From Candidatus Obscuribacterales bacterium (GTDB lineage: Bacteria; Cyanobacteriota; Vampirovibrionia; Obscuribacterales; Obscuribacteraceae): DNA of 64,000 nucleotides. Positions 39,201 to 48,856 of this stretch are shown piece by piece. The notes under the pieces were generated by a model. The model saw only the letters and a list, made by a program, of their open reading frames with translations. It made no database searches and had not been told where the DNA came from. Positions within the stretch are counted from its first letter, which is position 1. Every line of letters begins with the position of its first letter. The stretch is from assembly GCA_965228855.1 (NCBI GenBank), contig CBDDIJ010000002.1:288001-352000 (forward strand), written 5' to 3'. Made by a program: the position numbers and the translations under genes.

Positions 39201-42200
39201 TCGCCAAGCCTTGCTTCAACAGCGCTTCCGTACCCTCTTTCAGAGTTGTTTCCGCGCCTTCTCTAAGCAGATTCTTACCAGCACCTGCCAAAACTTTCTC
39301 TGCGGCAGCCTTTCCAACGCCGGCTCCAAGGAATGCGGTGAAGCCTTCAGCGAAGCCGGTTCCCGCGTCGAGAAACGCTTTACTACCCCAATCGTAGTCA
39401 CCGCCCATGATGGCAGACTTGGCGCCGACTTTGAACAACGCGGCACCGGCGCCGGTGTAGGCAAGCAGTGACAAACTAACGCCACCAGTGAAGAATGCGC
39501 CACCGACCGACACAGCCGCGATGGTCGTATCGACTACAGCGTTCGCCAGTCCTTCTTTAGAGTCTGCGTGCATGTCGACCAGCTTATAAACGTTTGCAAC
39601 ATGGTCGCGAATCTTAGCCGGGTCCTCAACCATCGTCCTGGCAAGCTGGTTGATCTCATTGTCCAACTGATAACCGGTTCCATCCCAGGCGGCATCAACA
39701 AAGGAGCTGCCTATACCGGAACGGCTTATGGAAGCGTCGTTTTGCGCGTAGAGGAACTCGCCGCGCGCGTCACGAACAGTCGATTGCCGCTGCACCTGGC
39801 GCAAGTCTTTGCCGGAAAGCTCGGAGACCAAATCCGCTGAGAGATCGGTACCATACTTACGCGCATACTCGTCCTGAACTCTCTGCACGCGGCTGCGAAC
39901 GATCTCGTCTATTTCCGCTTCTGACTTACCTTCCTGACGCAGCGCAGTGCGATCCGTTAGTTGAGCAAATGTGTCTTTGATTTCCTGCTCGCTGGTGCCC
40001 ATGCCAATTTGGTACGACCGAAGTTTATCCTCAGGTCGCATCTCGCCCTGCTGCATCGATGCAAGCGCTACCTTGCGCTCGTCCTGACTGAGGAAACCGA
40101 GAACACGATCTTGGAACGCCTGGTCTTGGAGAATACGCTGTCGCTCATCACCGGTGGCGTTCTGAATATCGCGATAAGAGCCTTGCTCGTCGTCGTCAAA
40201 AACTCCTCGGTTGAGATCCATCTGTCTTTCGATCGGAATGCTCCCCGTCTCGATCAACGGTTTAGCATAGCGCTCGTAGTCGTACGATCCCATTGCTCGC
40301 CTTGCAGCATCCTGAAAATCACGCGCGAACTTTCTGCCTTCTTCGGTGTCGGGCGGATGAATAATTCGCTCTCGAAGCGTCGGATCATTTTTGAACGCTT
40401 CCTGGATATCCCTTATCACTTGCGCTTCGTCTGAATCAAAGTGCGACGCATGCAAGTTGAGTTTGTCCATGATGGACATTTGCGGTTTTTCACCACGCTT
40501 AACCTGATCGAGTAAACCGAATGCGACTTTCTGTTCGCTCGAATCCAGCGAATCACGCAATTCCTGATTTAACTTCAGGTAGAAGTCCCGTGCTTCTTTG
40601 TTGGTAGTCGACTCGTTGCTGCCTTCTCGATACAAAGCCTGCTCACGATCGCTCATTCTCTCGACGGCCTTGTACATTTGCGCTTCGTCGTTGTTGTACC
40701 AGCGGCGATTGTCCGCGATCGTCTCGAGGATCGGTCGTCTGTTCTGCTGCGCTTCTTCGAACGTAGGCGCGTCTTTCATCGCGTTGATTCGCGTCATTGC
40801 GCGCTGAAGCTCAGACTCGGATAAATAAGTTTTCAAAACCTGTTCGACACGTTGCACTTGCATCGGATCGTTGCGAAGCTGCTGCCAGTCTTCCTTCGAC
40901 ATATCTTCGATGGAACCGATTACTTCATGCATACTCGAGTCGTAGACTGTTCCACGATGCGCGGACAAGCGTGAAACCAGCCCGCCACCCTTGTTAGCGA
41001 TCATGTCCTCCCACTTCGCCAACTCATTAACTTGCGAGTCACCGGAGTACCATTGCCCCGCTGCTCGTTCCAGCGCACCATGGGTCTTGGTGTAGTAGTC
41101 CATCGCCTGTTTCCGTTCATCCGCATCAACTTGCGGCGCCGGTTGCTCGTTTCGAGCTAACGCTCTACCTGTGGTGTACAACTGCCTCTCGCGATCGCTC
41201 ATATTGGCGAGCGAGTGCTCGATTGCTTCTTCGTTGTCGCCCAGCCATGAACGGTTGTCGTCTACCTGCGTGGACACCGATAACTTTCCGTGCTCCGCAT
41301 AGTCGCGCACGTGCTGCAAGTTCGTATCCGTGACATTGCCGCTAAGTCCAAACGTGAGCGCGTGATACCAGTGACCTTCAAATGCGTTGCGCATCGCATC
41401 CTGACCTGCCGGAGAGGCAAAATAGTCGCGCACTTCTTTGGGTGCGCGGCGCATCGCTTCCTGAAACATTGTCGGATCGCCTGACGTAACAGCGCGGTCG
41501 GCCAGGGTTCTCGTATCTTGCGGGGTGCGTTTGTCGTGACCCTTCAGATAGACATCGGCCGCTGCTTTCGTATCCGCAGACAAATGCGGGTTGTTCATGA
41601 CCGCGTCACGAAGCGACATGCCATAGCGTCTGCGATATTCAGCATCGGTCTGCGCGATTTCCGTCGAGCTCATCGTTTCAAGCGTGTTGCGCACGACCTT
41701 TTCCAGCTCGGAATTAGATCGTCCTGTCCACTCGCCGCGCTCCGTCAACGCTACCCGAATCGTGCCCGCGTTGTCGGCGCCATCAGGACGATGGAGAAGT
41801 GCGTTGGCTTTGTCCAGGTCGGAGCCTTCCATCTCGTCTTTGAACTCGGCTTCCAGAGTATGACCGTACTTCTTCCCGTATTTCTCGTTCCAGATTTCCT
41901 TGATCATCTGGCGCTCTGCAAACGTTTTGTTCTCGAGCGTGGAGTAGATCGTCTGCTCGTCTGTGCCGGCACCTGTGCCACCATTCATCGCATACTCGAT
42001 AGTGTCAGCAGCAGCTTCCATCGAGCGATGATTTACATCTTGCCTGGAACCATCAGGTTTTCGCCACTGCCGGTTCCCCTCAGCGTCTTGCTGGAAGTAG
42101 GTACCGTCTGATTGCACGGATAGACGGCCCTGCCAGTTAGTTTTACCGTTCGTCCAGTTGGTACCATCGGTGGTGGTCCAGGTTTCGTTTCCTTCCGTGA

Positions 42201-44349
42201 ATTTGTTGATCTGACCATTAGCGTCTCTTTCGTAAGTCCGCTTCACGCCTTTAGCGTCAACAGTTTCAACAAGCTGGCCGGCCTTGTTCTCCAGTCGCGT
42301 GGCGCCTGACGGTTCGCGATAAAGCGTATTACCGTCAAGTTGTTTTGCGACCGCCGTTTCACCCTGAATCGTATTGTAAGTGCCATCCGGACTGACCCAA
42401 ACAGCTCCCTTCCATTTTTCGCCGGAGCTGGCAGTCCAGTTGTCTCCATCGCTGCTAGTCCAGACTTTGCCGTCCACAGCTTTGATTTTCGATAACTTTC
42501 CGTTTTCACCATACTCGTATTCGCGAGTCTGTCCGTCCACTGAAGTAGTCGAGACCACTCGCCCCTGAGCATCCATGGCAACTTTACTGTTGTCCGGATT
42601 TGTTACGGTGAAGCGCTTCGGCACTCCGCGCTCGTCGTATTCATAACTGGTTCTGGAACCGTCGGCGTTGTCGCCGCTAGCGAGTCGCCCGTTCTTGTCA
42701 AAACTGAGATTTCGTCCATCGGTGAGTGCAAGAGTACGATCGCCGGATGCAGTGTCGCGCATCTCGGCTGAACCGTCTGGGCGCACGTTGACGCTCATAG
42801 GTTTTGTTTCGCCACTGGTCTCATTACGCCAGTTGACACCGTCCGTGGTGCTTAGTTTTAGACCTTTGCTGTCGGAGAAACCGTTTACCTTGCCCTGCGC
42901 ATCATATTCGAACGCTCTCCAGTTGCCGCGAGCGTCTTCCACACGGGTGATTCGACCGTCGACAGCCGTGATGTTGGAGCCATCGCCTTTGAAAACCTTG
43001 ACCTTACCGTCTTCACCAACCTCGCGATAAATGCCGTCCGGCGTTACTTCACGCCGCCCCTTAAAAGTTTCGTTCTTCTCATTCGTCCAGCCGCCATTCT
43101 CATTCGCCCGCCAGGTGCCGGTCTTATCGGTCATTTTGCTCATGCGACCTTGAGCATCATACTCGAAGCTGCGCACATCACCTTTTGCATCCTTGACGGA
43201 GGTGATCTGACCAGCGTCGTTTCTCGTGACCACGGACCCGTTGTCGCTCTGGCGCTCTTCTCTGGTCTGACCGCCTTCTGTGATGCGCTGCCAGCCGTCG
43301 GTTTTCCTCGCAATCTCCTTGCCGGCAGCCCACTTCTCGTGAATCGTGCCATCCTGATCTACGGATATCTCGACGTTTATCGTCGTATTCTGATCCGACC
43401 TTTTCCAGGACTTCCCGTCCGAGGTTGTCCACTGAGAGCCGTCCGCGGCAGTCATGGCCTTCAGTTTGCCGTCCTCGCCGTATTCGAAACGACGTTCTGC
43501 ACCATTTTGGTCTTTAACGGCAGTGACGTGCCCGTCCTTATCGCGCGAAACGGTGGAGCCGTCCATCTTGAAATTGGTCGTCTCACCGCGGGCATTCTTA
43601 ACGGTTTGAGTCCCATCCTCTGCGACTGAAACCTCTCCCGATCTCGTCTGGTTCGAGCCCTGCTTATGCCAATTGGTGCCGTCAGGACTCTGCCAGACGG
43701 CGCCGTCGGGCTCGACAATACTTGCGAGTTTTCCGGTGGCATCATAGCCATAGCCACGGCGAGCTCCAGCACCATCTATGGTGGCAGTCACCCGGTGCTT
43801 ATCGTCGAACAAAACCTGAGAACCGTCGCTGTTCGTTTTCTGGCGCTCGCGTCCCTGTTCATCCAAGCTGCTGACGCTTCGATCTGCGTTGCGTCGCAAT
43901 TCACCGCCATTTTCCAGTTTGAACGAGTACGTGCCGTCCGGGCGAATTTCTACGTCTTTGACGGGAATCTGCTCGCCGCCTGGTTTGAGTGTGAAACTTT
44001 TACCGTCAGCGCTGCGTGTCCATTCTGTGCCATCGGCTTCTGCAATGCGAGAAACTTGACTCTGTGAATCTTTTTCGACTGTAACCGTGTATCCGTTTTC
44101 TCGAGTAAACGTCTCCGGCGCTGTCGCTGGTTTTGAACTTGAGTCGAGCTGGCTCAGAAGGTCACGATCCGAAGCTAAACCAGTCGGTATCTCAGCGGCA
44201 GGCGCGGTTGTTCGAGATGTCGAATCCATCGACGAAAGCGCTTCATCAACCATCGCCTTGCCGGCGGTAGTTTCAGGCGCGGCGTCAGGCTTGACGGCCT
44301 TTTCGGGCACGGTCGCGCTCGCATCGGTGGAGGGATTCGGGGGAGTCAC
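36229..44349 (-). CDS. Giant multidomain protein: YD repeats, annexin-like repeats, hydrophobic segment, PRTase-like regions, C-terminal Cys-dependent tyrosine/dual-specificity phosphatase
   Basis: RxF[EG]YDxxG repeats; GAGTDEQTIY..YG..LE annexin signature; YLDDYSFTG; HCYHGEDRTG CX5R motif. Confidence 0.8.
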   Translation of the reverse strand: MTPPNPSTDASATVPEKAVKPDAAPETTAGKAMVDEALSSMDSTSRTTAPAAEIPTGLASDRDLLSQLDSSSKPATAPETFTRENGYTVTVEKDSQSQVSRIAEADGTEWTRSADGKSFTLKPGGEQIPVKDVEIRPDGTYSFKLENGGELRRNADRSVSSLDEQGRERQKTNSDGSQVLFDDKHRVTATIDGAGARRGYGYDATGKLASIVEPDGAVWQSPDGTNWHKQGSNQTRSGEVSVAEDGTQTVKNARGETTNFKMDGSTVSRDKDGHVTAVKDQNGAERRFEYGEDGKLKAMTAADGSQWTTSDGKSWKRSDQNTTINVEISVDQDGTIHEKWAAGKEIARKTDGWQRITEGGQTREERQSDNGSVVTRNDAGQITSVKDAKGDVRSFEYDAQGRMSKMTDKTGTWRANENGGWTNEKNETFKGRREVTPDGIYREVGEDGKVKVFKGDGSNITAVDGRITRVEDARGNWRAFEYDAQGKVNGFSDSKGLKLSTTDGVNWRNETSGETKPMSVNVRPDGSAEMRDTASGDRTLALTDGRNLSFDKNGRLASGDNADGSRTSYEYDERGVPKRFTVTNPDNSKVAMDAQGRVVSTTSVDGQTREYEYGENGKLSKIKAVDGKVWTSSDGDNWTASSGEKWKGAVWVSPDGTYNTIQGETAVAKQLDGNTLYREPSGATRLENKAGQLVETVDAKGVKRTYERDANGQINKFTEGNETWTTTDGTNWTNGKTNWQGRLSVQSDGTYFQQDAEGNRQWRKPDGSRQDVNHRSMEAAADTIEYAMNGGTGAGTDEQTIYSTLENKTFAERQMIKEIWNEKYGKKYGHTLEAEFKDEMEGSDLDKANALLHRPDGADNAGTIRVALTERGEWTGRSNSELEKVVRNTLETMSSTEIAQTDAEYRRRYGMSLRDAVMNNPHLSADTKAAADVYLKGHDKRTPQDTRTLADRAVTSGDPTMFQEAMRRAPKEVRDYFASPAGQDAMRNAFEGHWYHALTFGLSGNVTDTNLQHVRDYAEHGKLSVSTQVDDNRSWLGDNEEAIEHSLANMSDRERQLYTTGRALARNEQPAPQVDADERKQAMDYYTKTHGALERAAGQWYSGDSQVNELAKWEDMIANKGGGLVSRLSAHRGTVYDSSMHEVIGSIEDMSKEDWQQLRNDPMQVQRVEQVLKTYLSESELQRAMTRINAMKDAPTFEEAQQNRRPILETIADNRRWYNNDEAQMYKAVERMSDREQALYREGSNESTTNKEARDFYLKLNQELRDSLDSSEQKVAFGLLDQVKRGEKPQMSIMDKLNLHASHFDSDEAQVIRDIQEAFKNDPTLRERIIHPPDTEEGRKFARDFQDAARRAMGSYDYERYAKPLIETGSIPIERQMDLNRGVFDDDEQGSYRDIQNATGDERQRILQDQAFQDRVLGFLSQDERKVALASMQQGEMRPEDKLRSYQIGMGTSEQEIKDTFAQLTDRTALRQEGKSEAEIDEIVRSRVQRVQDEYARKYGTDLSADLVSELSGKDLRQVQRQSTVRDARGEFLYAQNDASISRSGIGSSFVDAAWDGTGYQLDNEINQLARTMVEDPAKIRDHVANVYKLVDMHADSKEGLANAVVDTTIAAVSVGGAFFTGGVSLSLLAYTGAGAALFKVGAKSAIMGGDYDWGSKAFLDAGTGFAEGFTAFLGAGVGKAAAEKVLAGAGKNLLREGAETTLKEGTEALLKQGLANGGKISDDAILSLAKQIAKDGDEKAVAALLKNSLAESVEEQSRTLLKQIVMSTPENTLAGMAGSGLSGTIQAGADARDVASFLRQATTSTAFGALGGSLGPILLAPGMVVAGKGWNALRTVASRERSPLQNIADQALQGVDAPVAHVTPDVPGHTPDVPGRTTEVPARTTDGPAQTADVPPQTTEVPPGTTDVAPQTTDVPSRDGITPPAERPATPLERPTTPDGQVEPHRQPARVEEEVKPTETEPRVEGDNVTDRNRPVTDAPVRAKDQPVDPARIREVSEQLAEIQNRPPIGRDQFLELLDKVPPQDRGLALELLEQSIPNLHRKALDGQLDKLQQQIGKLQEQGVRKITVVASEENSSGAALAYLLRTNTSMEVEIKVLNAQTIREGVSPSNPVLVLDDLASLSGAQSDFLRQLPKVYASDLNGFNSGLNTWELGVAKLTGSTETMQTRMAEMVEQAKRLKAENPNLTNEEAIQQVLRAPLDNAAKDFPNMEILRPELPARTQRTRNRSAENIYDQAISRPIYDASKNNFSMVSDKDVRSFLDNYRKPPEPGSTTGEKLTDAEKLAAATILRDTMKVNTYETMLQEMQNLNRRIQDALPPGKTMDDVVVLTRMEENGSSNLIHHLFGRTADLRSQNFVSAAEFQADPSKFKDKVVVYLDDYSFTGRQPEKLLMKPLAEGVGTTPRPLSEAIKESGAPVIVAHLGGYLPEQKLQSVFDFDAKFIYSHDGVLPQIFDSPALQQMGFTTDELNALVGNPGYVTKDPERNVDIAMLHPFRSHPTNNRSLVNDFTNRVLKEQGIRTPRVPGRRPQPVTEVSEGLYRAGATKSPEEFARMIEQTNADVVIDLRGGPGGRDELQSVADQAKWAADLAGKQVDVRNLGIPTEWPMRGTPNYNQLLDNLAEFERVVGQAQREGKNVLFHCYHGEDRTGLVNAFHDVVAGNKSIDEAMAQWKSLGTEKHPGFQTLFNRQQFEQLVNDYRARTVASR

Positions 44350-44533
44350 TTCGATCTGTTTGTTCTAGTAAGTCGGACTGGACAAAAAGGCTTCCAAACT
44401 TCTGTATCCGAAAGGACCAAAAATTTCCCACCCGATTCATTAAAACTTTTGATTTGGAGAATCGGATCTGCATCTACTCGTAATGACATATATTCCCGAA
44501 AACCGCCAGGAGAAAACCTCCGGACGCGCATTG

Positions 44534-44850
44534 CTACTATATGCGGGCGTATCAGTATAATCGCGACGACGCAGTAAAGGACGGTTTTTTGGGCAAACGA
44601 CTTGCCGACCACTTATGGCTTTGTCTACGACTCGTTGACGCTTTCCCGGAAATCCGTCGCTCTCTCGTAGACGATGGGGAGAGCTGACTCAAAACAGCTT
44701 TTGTCTATGGTGGAATGACGGATTCAGCGAAATCCGGCATCCCGCGATAGACAAACAACGGAATTTGAAGAGATGCTTCTTTCAAGATACCTGCAATGTC
44801 CCACCCCCACTACGCTCCGGGTGAAAACTTTTCACTCCGGGATATAGTAG
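44534..44850. repeat. Two-sided module with two adjacent palindromes
   Basis: CTACTATA 44534; palindromes 44622-44673 and 44702-44753; TATAGTAG 44843; terminator 44865-44890. Confidence 0.92.
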
Positions 44851-44915
44851 ACAAAACTGGAGGAGGAGAGGCGAAGTGAATCGCCTCTCCGGTTTTCATG
44901 GCCCGCCGAGGTCCG

Positions 44916-46031
44916 TTACCGGCCGGCGAGCTTGTTGAGGATGCGGTCGAACACGTTCGGCGCCGGCATGTCCATCACCGAGGTGATGTCGTGCGCGATG
45001 CCGGTCATGCCCTGAAGCGCAGCCGGATCGCTCTTCACGCCAGCGATACCGGAGCGGAAGCCGTGAGCCTTCCAGGCGATCTCCTGAATCTCCGGATCCT
45101 TGAGAGCCTCAAGCAGACGCTTGCCGTTTGCCGTCCGCGCGATGAGCGGATGGCTGCTCCACACGGTCGGGTCCGGGTAGAGAACGCGACGGTCGTCCTT
45201 GAGGTTCTGCCGGTCGTTCGGGTTCTGCAGCCAGTACTCGACGAGCTGCGACTCGTAGCCGGCGACCATCGGCTTGGCACCGATACCGGTCGTCAGATAC
45301 TGCTGGAACAGGTCTTCCGAGCTCTGCTCCATGAATCCGAGACGCGCGAAGAAAGTCGCCAGCTCGGGCAGGATCTTCTCGATCGAGACATCGTCGGGCA
45401 CCTCGCCGTTGTTGATCGCACCGGCGAGTAGCGCGGCGAACATGGCGCCGGAGTTGCTGACGTTCGGATCGGTCGTGCGGATGCCGATCTTGCCGTTCAT
45501 ACCGGTCATGCCGATCGACGACCAGGTCGCACCATTCTTGATCAAATCAGCGAGCTTCTTGAAGTCGCTGACGTAATAAGAACCGCCCCGCTCGGTGACG
45601 ATGCCCTGCTTCTCGAGCGCCCTGGTGAGCTCGGACCAGGTGTAGATGACGAGCGGCGAGTTGAAGATGTTCGCCGAGGTCAGCATCAGCCCGTTGCGCT
45701 GCTTGTAGAGCGCGAGGGCGACCTGGTTGGACGGCCACAGGAAGTCGTCCTGCGGAGTCAGAATGAGGTCGCGAACCATCTCGATGGAACCGGCCTTGCG
45801 CGCGTCGAGTGTGATGCAGTAGCGATCGTTCAGAATCCGGATGACATCCGGGTCCTTGAGGAACGAGGACTTTTCACCGCCGAAATAACCGCGAACCGTG
45901 ATCGGAGTACAGGAAGGCTGACGGCTCAGCACACTCCCGGTGTCACCTCCGAAAAACTTGATGGCGAACACAGCCAATATGGCGAGGACAAGAAGTCCCA
46001 CGCCCAGTCCGATGCGGACAGTATTGTTCAT
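44916..46031 (-). CDS. Membrane-anchored substrate-binding-fold protein
   Basis: N-terminal TM; GGEK, DFLWPS, TDPNVSNSG, HGFRSG motifs typical of SBPs in vWA/XpaC/TelA operons. Confidence 0.75.
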   Translation of the reverse strand: MNNTVRIGLGVGLLVLAILAVFAIKFFGGDTGSVLSRQPSCTPITVRGYFGGEKSSFLKDPDVIRILNDRYCITLDARKAGSIEMVRDLILTPQDDFLWPSNQVALALYKQRNGLMLTSANIFNSPLVIYTWSELTRALEKQGIVTERGGSYYVSDFKKLADLIKNGATWSSIGMTGMNGKIGIRTTDPNVSNSGAMFAALLAGAINNGEVPDDVSIEKILPELATFFARLGFMEQSSEDLFQQYLTTGIGAKPMVAGYESQLVEYWLQNPNDRQNLKDDRRVLYPDPTVWSSHPLIARTANGKRLLEALKDPEIQEIAWKAHGFRSGIAGVKSDPAALQGMTGIAHDITSVMDMPAPNVFDRILNKLAGR

Positions 46032-46639
46032 GATCCAGTCTCCTCAGATCGGGCTTCGATAATCGGGAAGCTGAGTTCGACCTCATTGCCGCCCATGACG
46101 AAAGCGATATCTTTGACATGCAGCCGCTGATAGAGCTTGTCGAGCGACCGCTCCATGCGAGGCAGAGTCTCGTTCTCCGCCTCCAGACGAATGGATTCGG
46201 GCAGCTCGATTCCGCGAGAGACGACGAGCGAGTAGCGCTTCAGCCAGCCCTCGATAGGTTCGAGATACGAAACCAGGAACGGTTGAGCGGCCTGAAACTT
46301 GTTCCAGTCCAGCTCGATCGCGTCGGCGATCTTCGTGGACATATCCACGATCCGGCCGACGATGTCGCGCTGCTTGCCGGCAGGGAGCGACTGAAGCATT
46401 TCCTGCATGCTCTTGATCTTCGCGCGCCCGGAAGCCATCGCTGCCTTCTCGGCAGGCGTCGCTTCCAGCTTCTTGCCCATCGGACCTCCAGGTGCCAACA
46501 GCAGCACTGCTGCGCAAACAGCGACAGCAGGCAGAGCACTCCAGAGCAGTCCCAGGTCAATCAGAAAAACACACGCGGCATACGTGGCGGCGGCAGCGAT
46601 GCCGGACGCCAAACCCACATTGCGGTCTAAGGCATTCAT
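46028..46639 (-). CDS. XpaC-like (5-bromo-4-chloroindolyl phosphate hydrolysis family) membrane protein
   Basis: Two N-terminal TM helices; FLxxYL...Y helical core; operon context. Confidence 0.65.
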   Translation of the reverse strand: MNALDRNVGLASGIAAAATYAACVFLIDLGLLWSALPAVAVCAAVLLLAPGGPMGKKLEATPAEKAAMASGRAKIKSMQEMLQSLPAGKQRDIVGRIVDMSTKIADAIELDWNKFQAAQPFLVSYLEPIEGWLKRYSLVVSRGIELPESIRLEAENETLPRMERSLDKLYQRLHVKDIAFVMGGNEVELSFPIIEARSEETGS

Positions 46640-46652
46640 GACCAGGTGCTCC

Positions 46653-48263
46653 TCAGTTGTAGCCCTTCGCCTTGCGGAAGGCGTCGATCAAATCCTTCTT
46701 GCCGTCGAAGACACGGCCCGACGAGAAGTTGGCGAGGTCGTTGAGCTGACCGGGGCTGGCGTTGCCGAACATGATGGAGTAAACCGGGATGCCGCCCAGA
46801 CCCAGGTTGGCGAACTCCTGCTTGACCGTGTCGATCGAGCCTGCCGACTGACCGTCGGTCATCAGGATGACGGCGGTCGAGTAGTTCTCCCACTTCAGGC
46901 CCTTGAGCTCCTGAACACCACGCACGATCGGCGCATAGATGTTCGTCTCGCCGCCGGCAGACTGGCTTTCCACCCAGGCGAGCAGCTCACGCAGCTTGTC
47001 GGGATTGTTGCCGACCAGCTTCTTCACGTCGCGCACCGAGCCATCGAACGGGATGACGATGGTGATGTCTTCCGGCGACGCCTGGAGCATGTACTTGGCG
47101 GAGAGGTCCTTGTCGAGCAGAACGCGCATGGCGCGCTCAAGCTGGTCTTCGCCGTCGCCCTGCATGCTGCCCGAGTAGTCGAGGGCGAAGATCGTGATGC
47201 TGGGCTTGCGGAAAGCGGTCTGGTAGAGCATCAGCGCTTCACGAACGACGTCCGCGGACGGCATCGTGATGGGCGTCAGCACGCGCGAGACGTCGAAGCC
47301 GAGCGACTTGTCGAAGACATGCGAGTCGGCATTGGCGACATTCACACCAAGACCGGTGCGGCGGCCGCCGGCGAGCAGCTGGCGCTGGATCGGCTCGGAC
47401 TTCAGGTAATCCTGCAGCTTCAGGAAAAGAGCTTCCTTGGCGGCATCACCCTTCGAGACATAGCCCAGCGGCGCGTCGGCGATCGTGAGACCGTCGACCG
47501 GATAGATGGCATAGAGCGGCTCCTGACCACGCGCGATCAGCGCCTGGTTGGTCTCGATGACAGTGGCCTCGTAGTTGACCATGGCATCGAAGTAGTCGTA
47601 CTGGTTCAGGAACAGGTCCTTGAGCCAGCCCGAGCTGCCGGAGGAGCGGTTGACCGTGCCGAGGATGCTCTTGATCTTGCTGCGCACCTCCGGCTTCTGC
47701 AGGTCCGCCGAGGTCAGCACATCCGGGTTGCCTGCGAAGGCGTACAGATAGCCGATATAGGCGGCGGTACCCGAGTTGCTCTGCGTGGCAGAGGTCATCA
47801 TGTACCGCAACTTGCCGGTCTTGGCGGCGTCCAGGATATCGGCGACCTTCACGTCCTTGCCGACCCAGCCGAGCCGCTCAGCGACCGACTTCTTCACGCC
47901 GATGACGACGGGACTGCGGTAGATGCTCTCCGCGTATTTGACCACGCGCTGCTTGTCGCCCAGCGAGATCCACATGCTGTGCGCCGGCATGACCGCGTCG
48001 TACTGCGTGCCCGTGCCCTTCTCGAGCTCGAGCATGATGTCGACGGAGCCTTTGTACGACACGTTGATCGTGACGTTGTTCTTCTGAGCGAAGTCCTTGA
48101 TGATGGGAGCAAGGCTGCTTTCGTTCTCGGAACCGGCGACGATGTTGAAAACTTGCGTGGGCTGCGACTGCTGATTCGCCGAATTGTTCGACTCGTCCTT
48201 GCATCCGGACAGAGCGAGAGCGGCGCCAGCGATCAAAGCCATGAAAATGGCTCTTACTTTCAT
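46653..48263 (-). CDS. Lipoprotein with substrate-binding domain and C-terminal vWA domain
   Basis: Lipobox LSGC; SATQSNSG; MIDAS DYSGSM, GETNIY, ILMTDG. Confidence 0.9.
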   Translation of the reverse strand: MKVRAIFMALIAGAALALSGCKDESNNSANQQSQPTQVFNIVAGSENESSLAPIIKDFAQKNNVTINVSYKGSVDIMLELEKGTGTQYDAVMPAHSMWISLGDKQRVVKYAESIYRSPVVIGVKKSVAERLGWVGKDVKVADILDAAKTGKLRYMMTSATQSNSGTAAYIGYLYAFAGNPDVLTSADLQKPEVRSKIKSILGTVNRSSGSSGWLKDLFLNQYDYFDAMVNYEATVIETNQALIARGQEPLYAIYPVDGLTIADAPLGYVSKGDAAKEALFLKLQDYLKSEPIQRQLLAGGRRTGLGVNVANADSHVFDKSLGFDVSRVLTPITMPSADVVREALMLYQTAFRKPSITIFALDYSGSMQGDGEDQLERAMRVLLDKDLSAKYMLQASPEDITIVIPFDGSVRDVKKLVGNNPDKLRELLAWVESQSAGGETNIYAPIVRGVQELKGLKWENYSTAVILMTDGQSAGSIDTVKQEFANLGLGGIPVYSIMFGNASPGQLNDLANFSSGRVFDGKKDLIDAFRKAKGYN

Positions 48264-48804
48264 TCGATTTTTCCCTTTACGTGAGTTGCGGGTTTATCTT
48301 CAGACTGTCGTTCGCAATCTCCCAACAGCCGAACTGACTCCACCTCGCGCTTGCAAGAGGAGTGATTTGTTCGATCGTTTGCTGTTTTGGGAAGAAGTGG
48401 TTTCAGTAACCAGAAGTTGAGAGATTGGCGATATCAAAAACTGTCATTGGAACACTGCCAAATACCCTCTATGTTCATGTGTATTACAGCTTTACATCTT
48501 CACCTAAGTTAATTAGATCCGCGAAATAATGGGGCAAAACAGCCATTGACAACGGGTTCTACGATCTCGCTAAAAGCGGCGATCAAAAGACATGTGCCAT
48601 CGCTAATCAATTCCACGAGGTCGCGCACATAGCGCTACCCTCTTCTGAAGCGGTACTCATTATCCGTTTCAGCCAGAATTGAAACAGCTCGAAGCGGCGA
48701 TTGTTTTGCATCGAGTTGAGAAGTCGCCACTAAATTCGGTATCACTTCAAAATGAAATTCACCTATTCAGGCGCTTTCAAATTTTCTTGAGAAACCATTC
48801 GGCC

Positions 48805-48856
48805 TGTCAAAGAGCCAGCGATGGAACTCGCAAAATCCGTCGCTCTGGGTTTGACA
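48805..48856. repeat. 52-bp palindrome, TGTCAA...TTGACA variant
   Basis: TGTCAAAGAGCCAGCGATGG...CCGTCGCTCTGGGTTTGACA in a divergent intergenic region. Confidence 0.75.
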
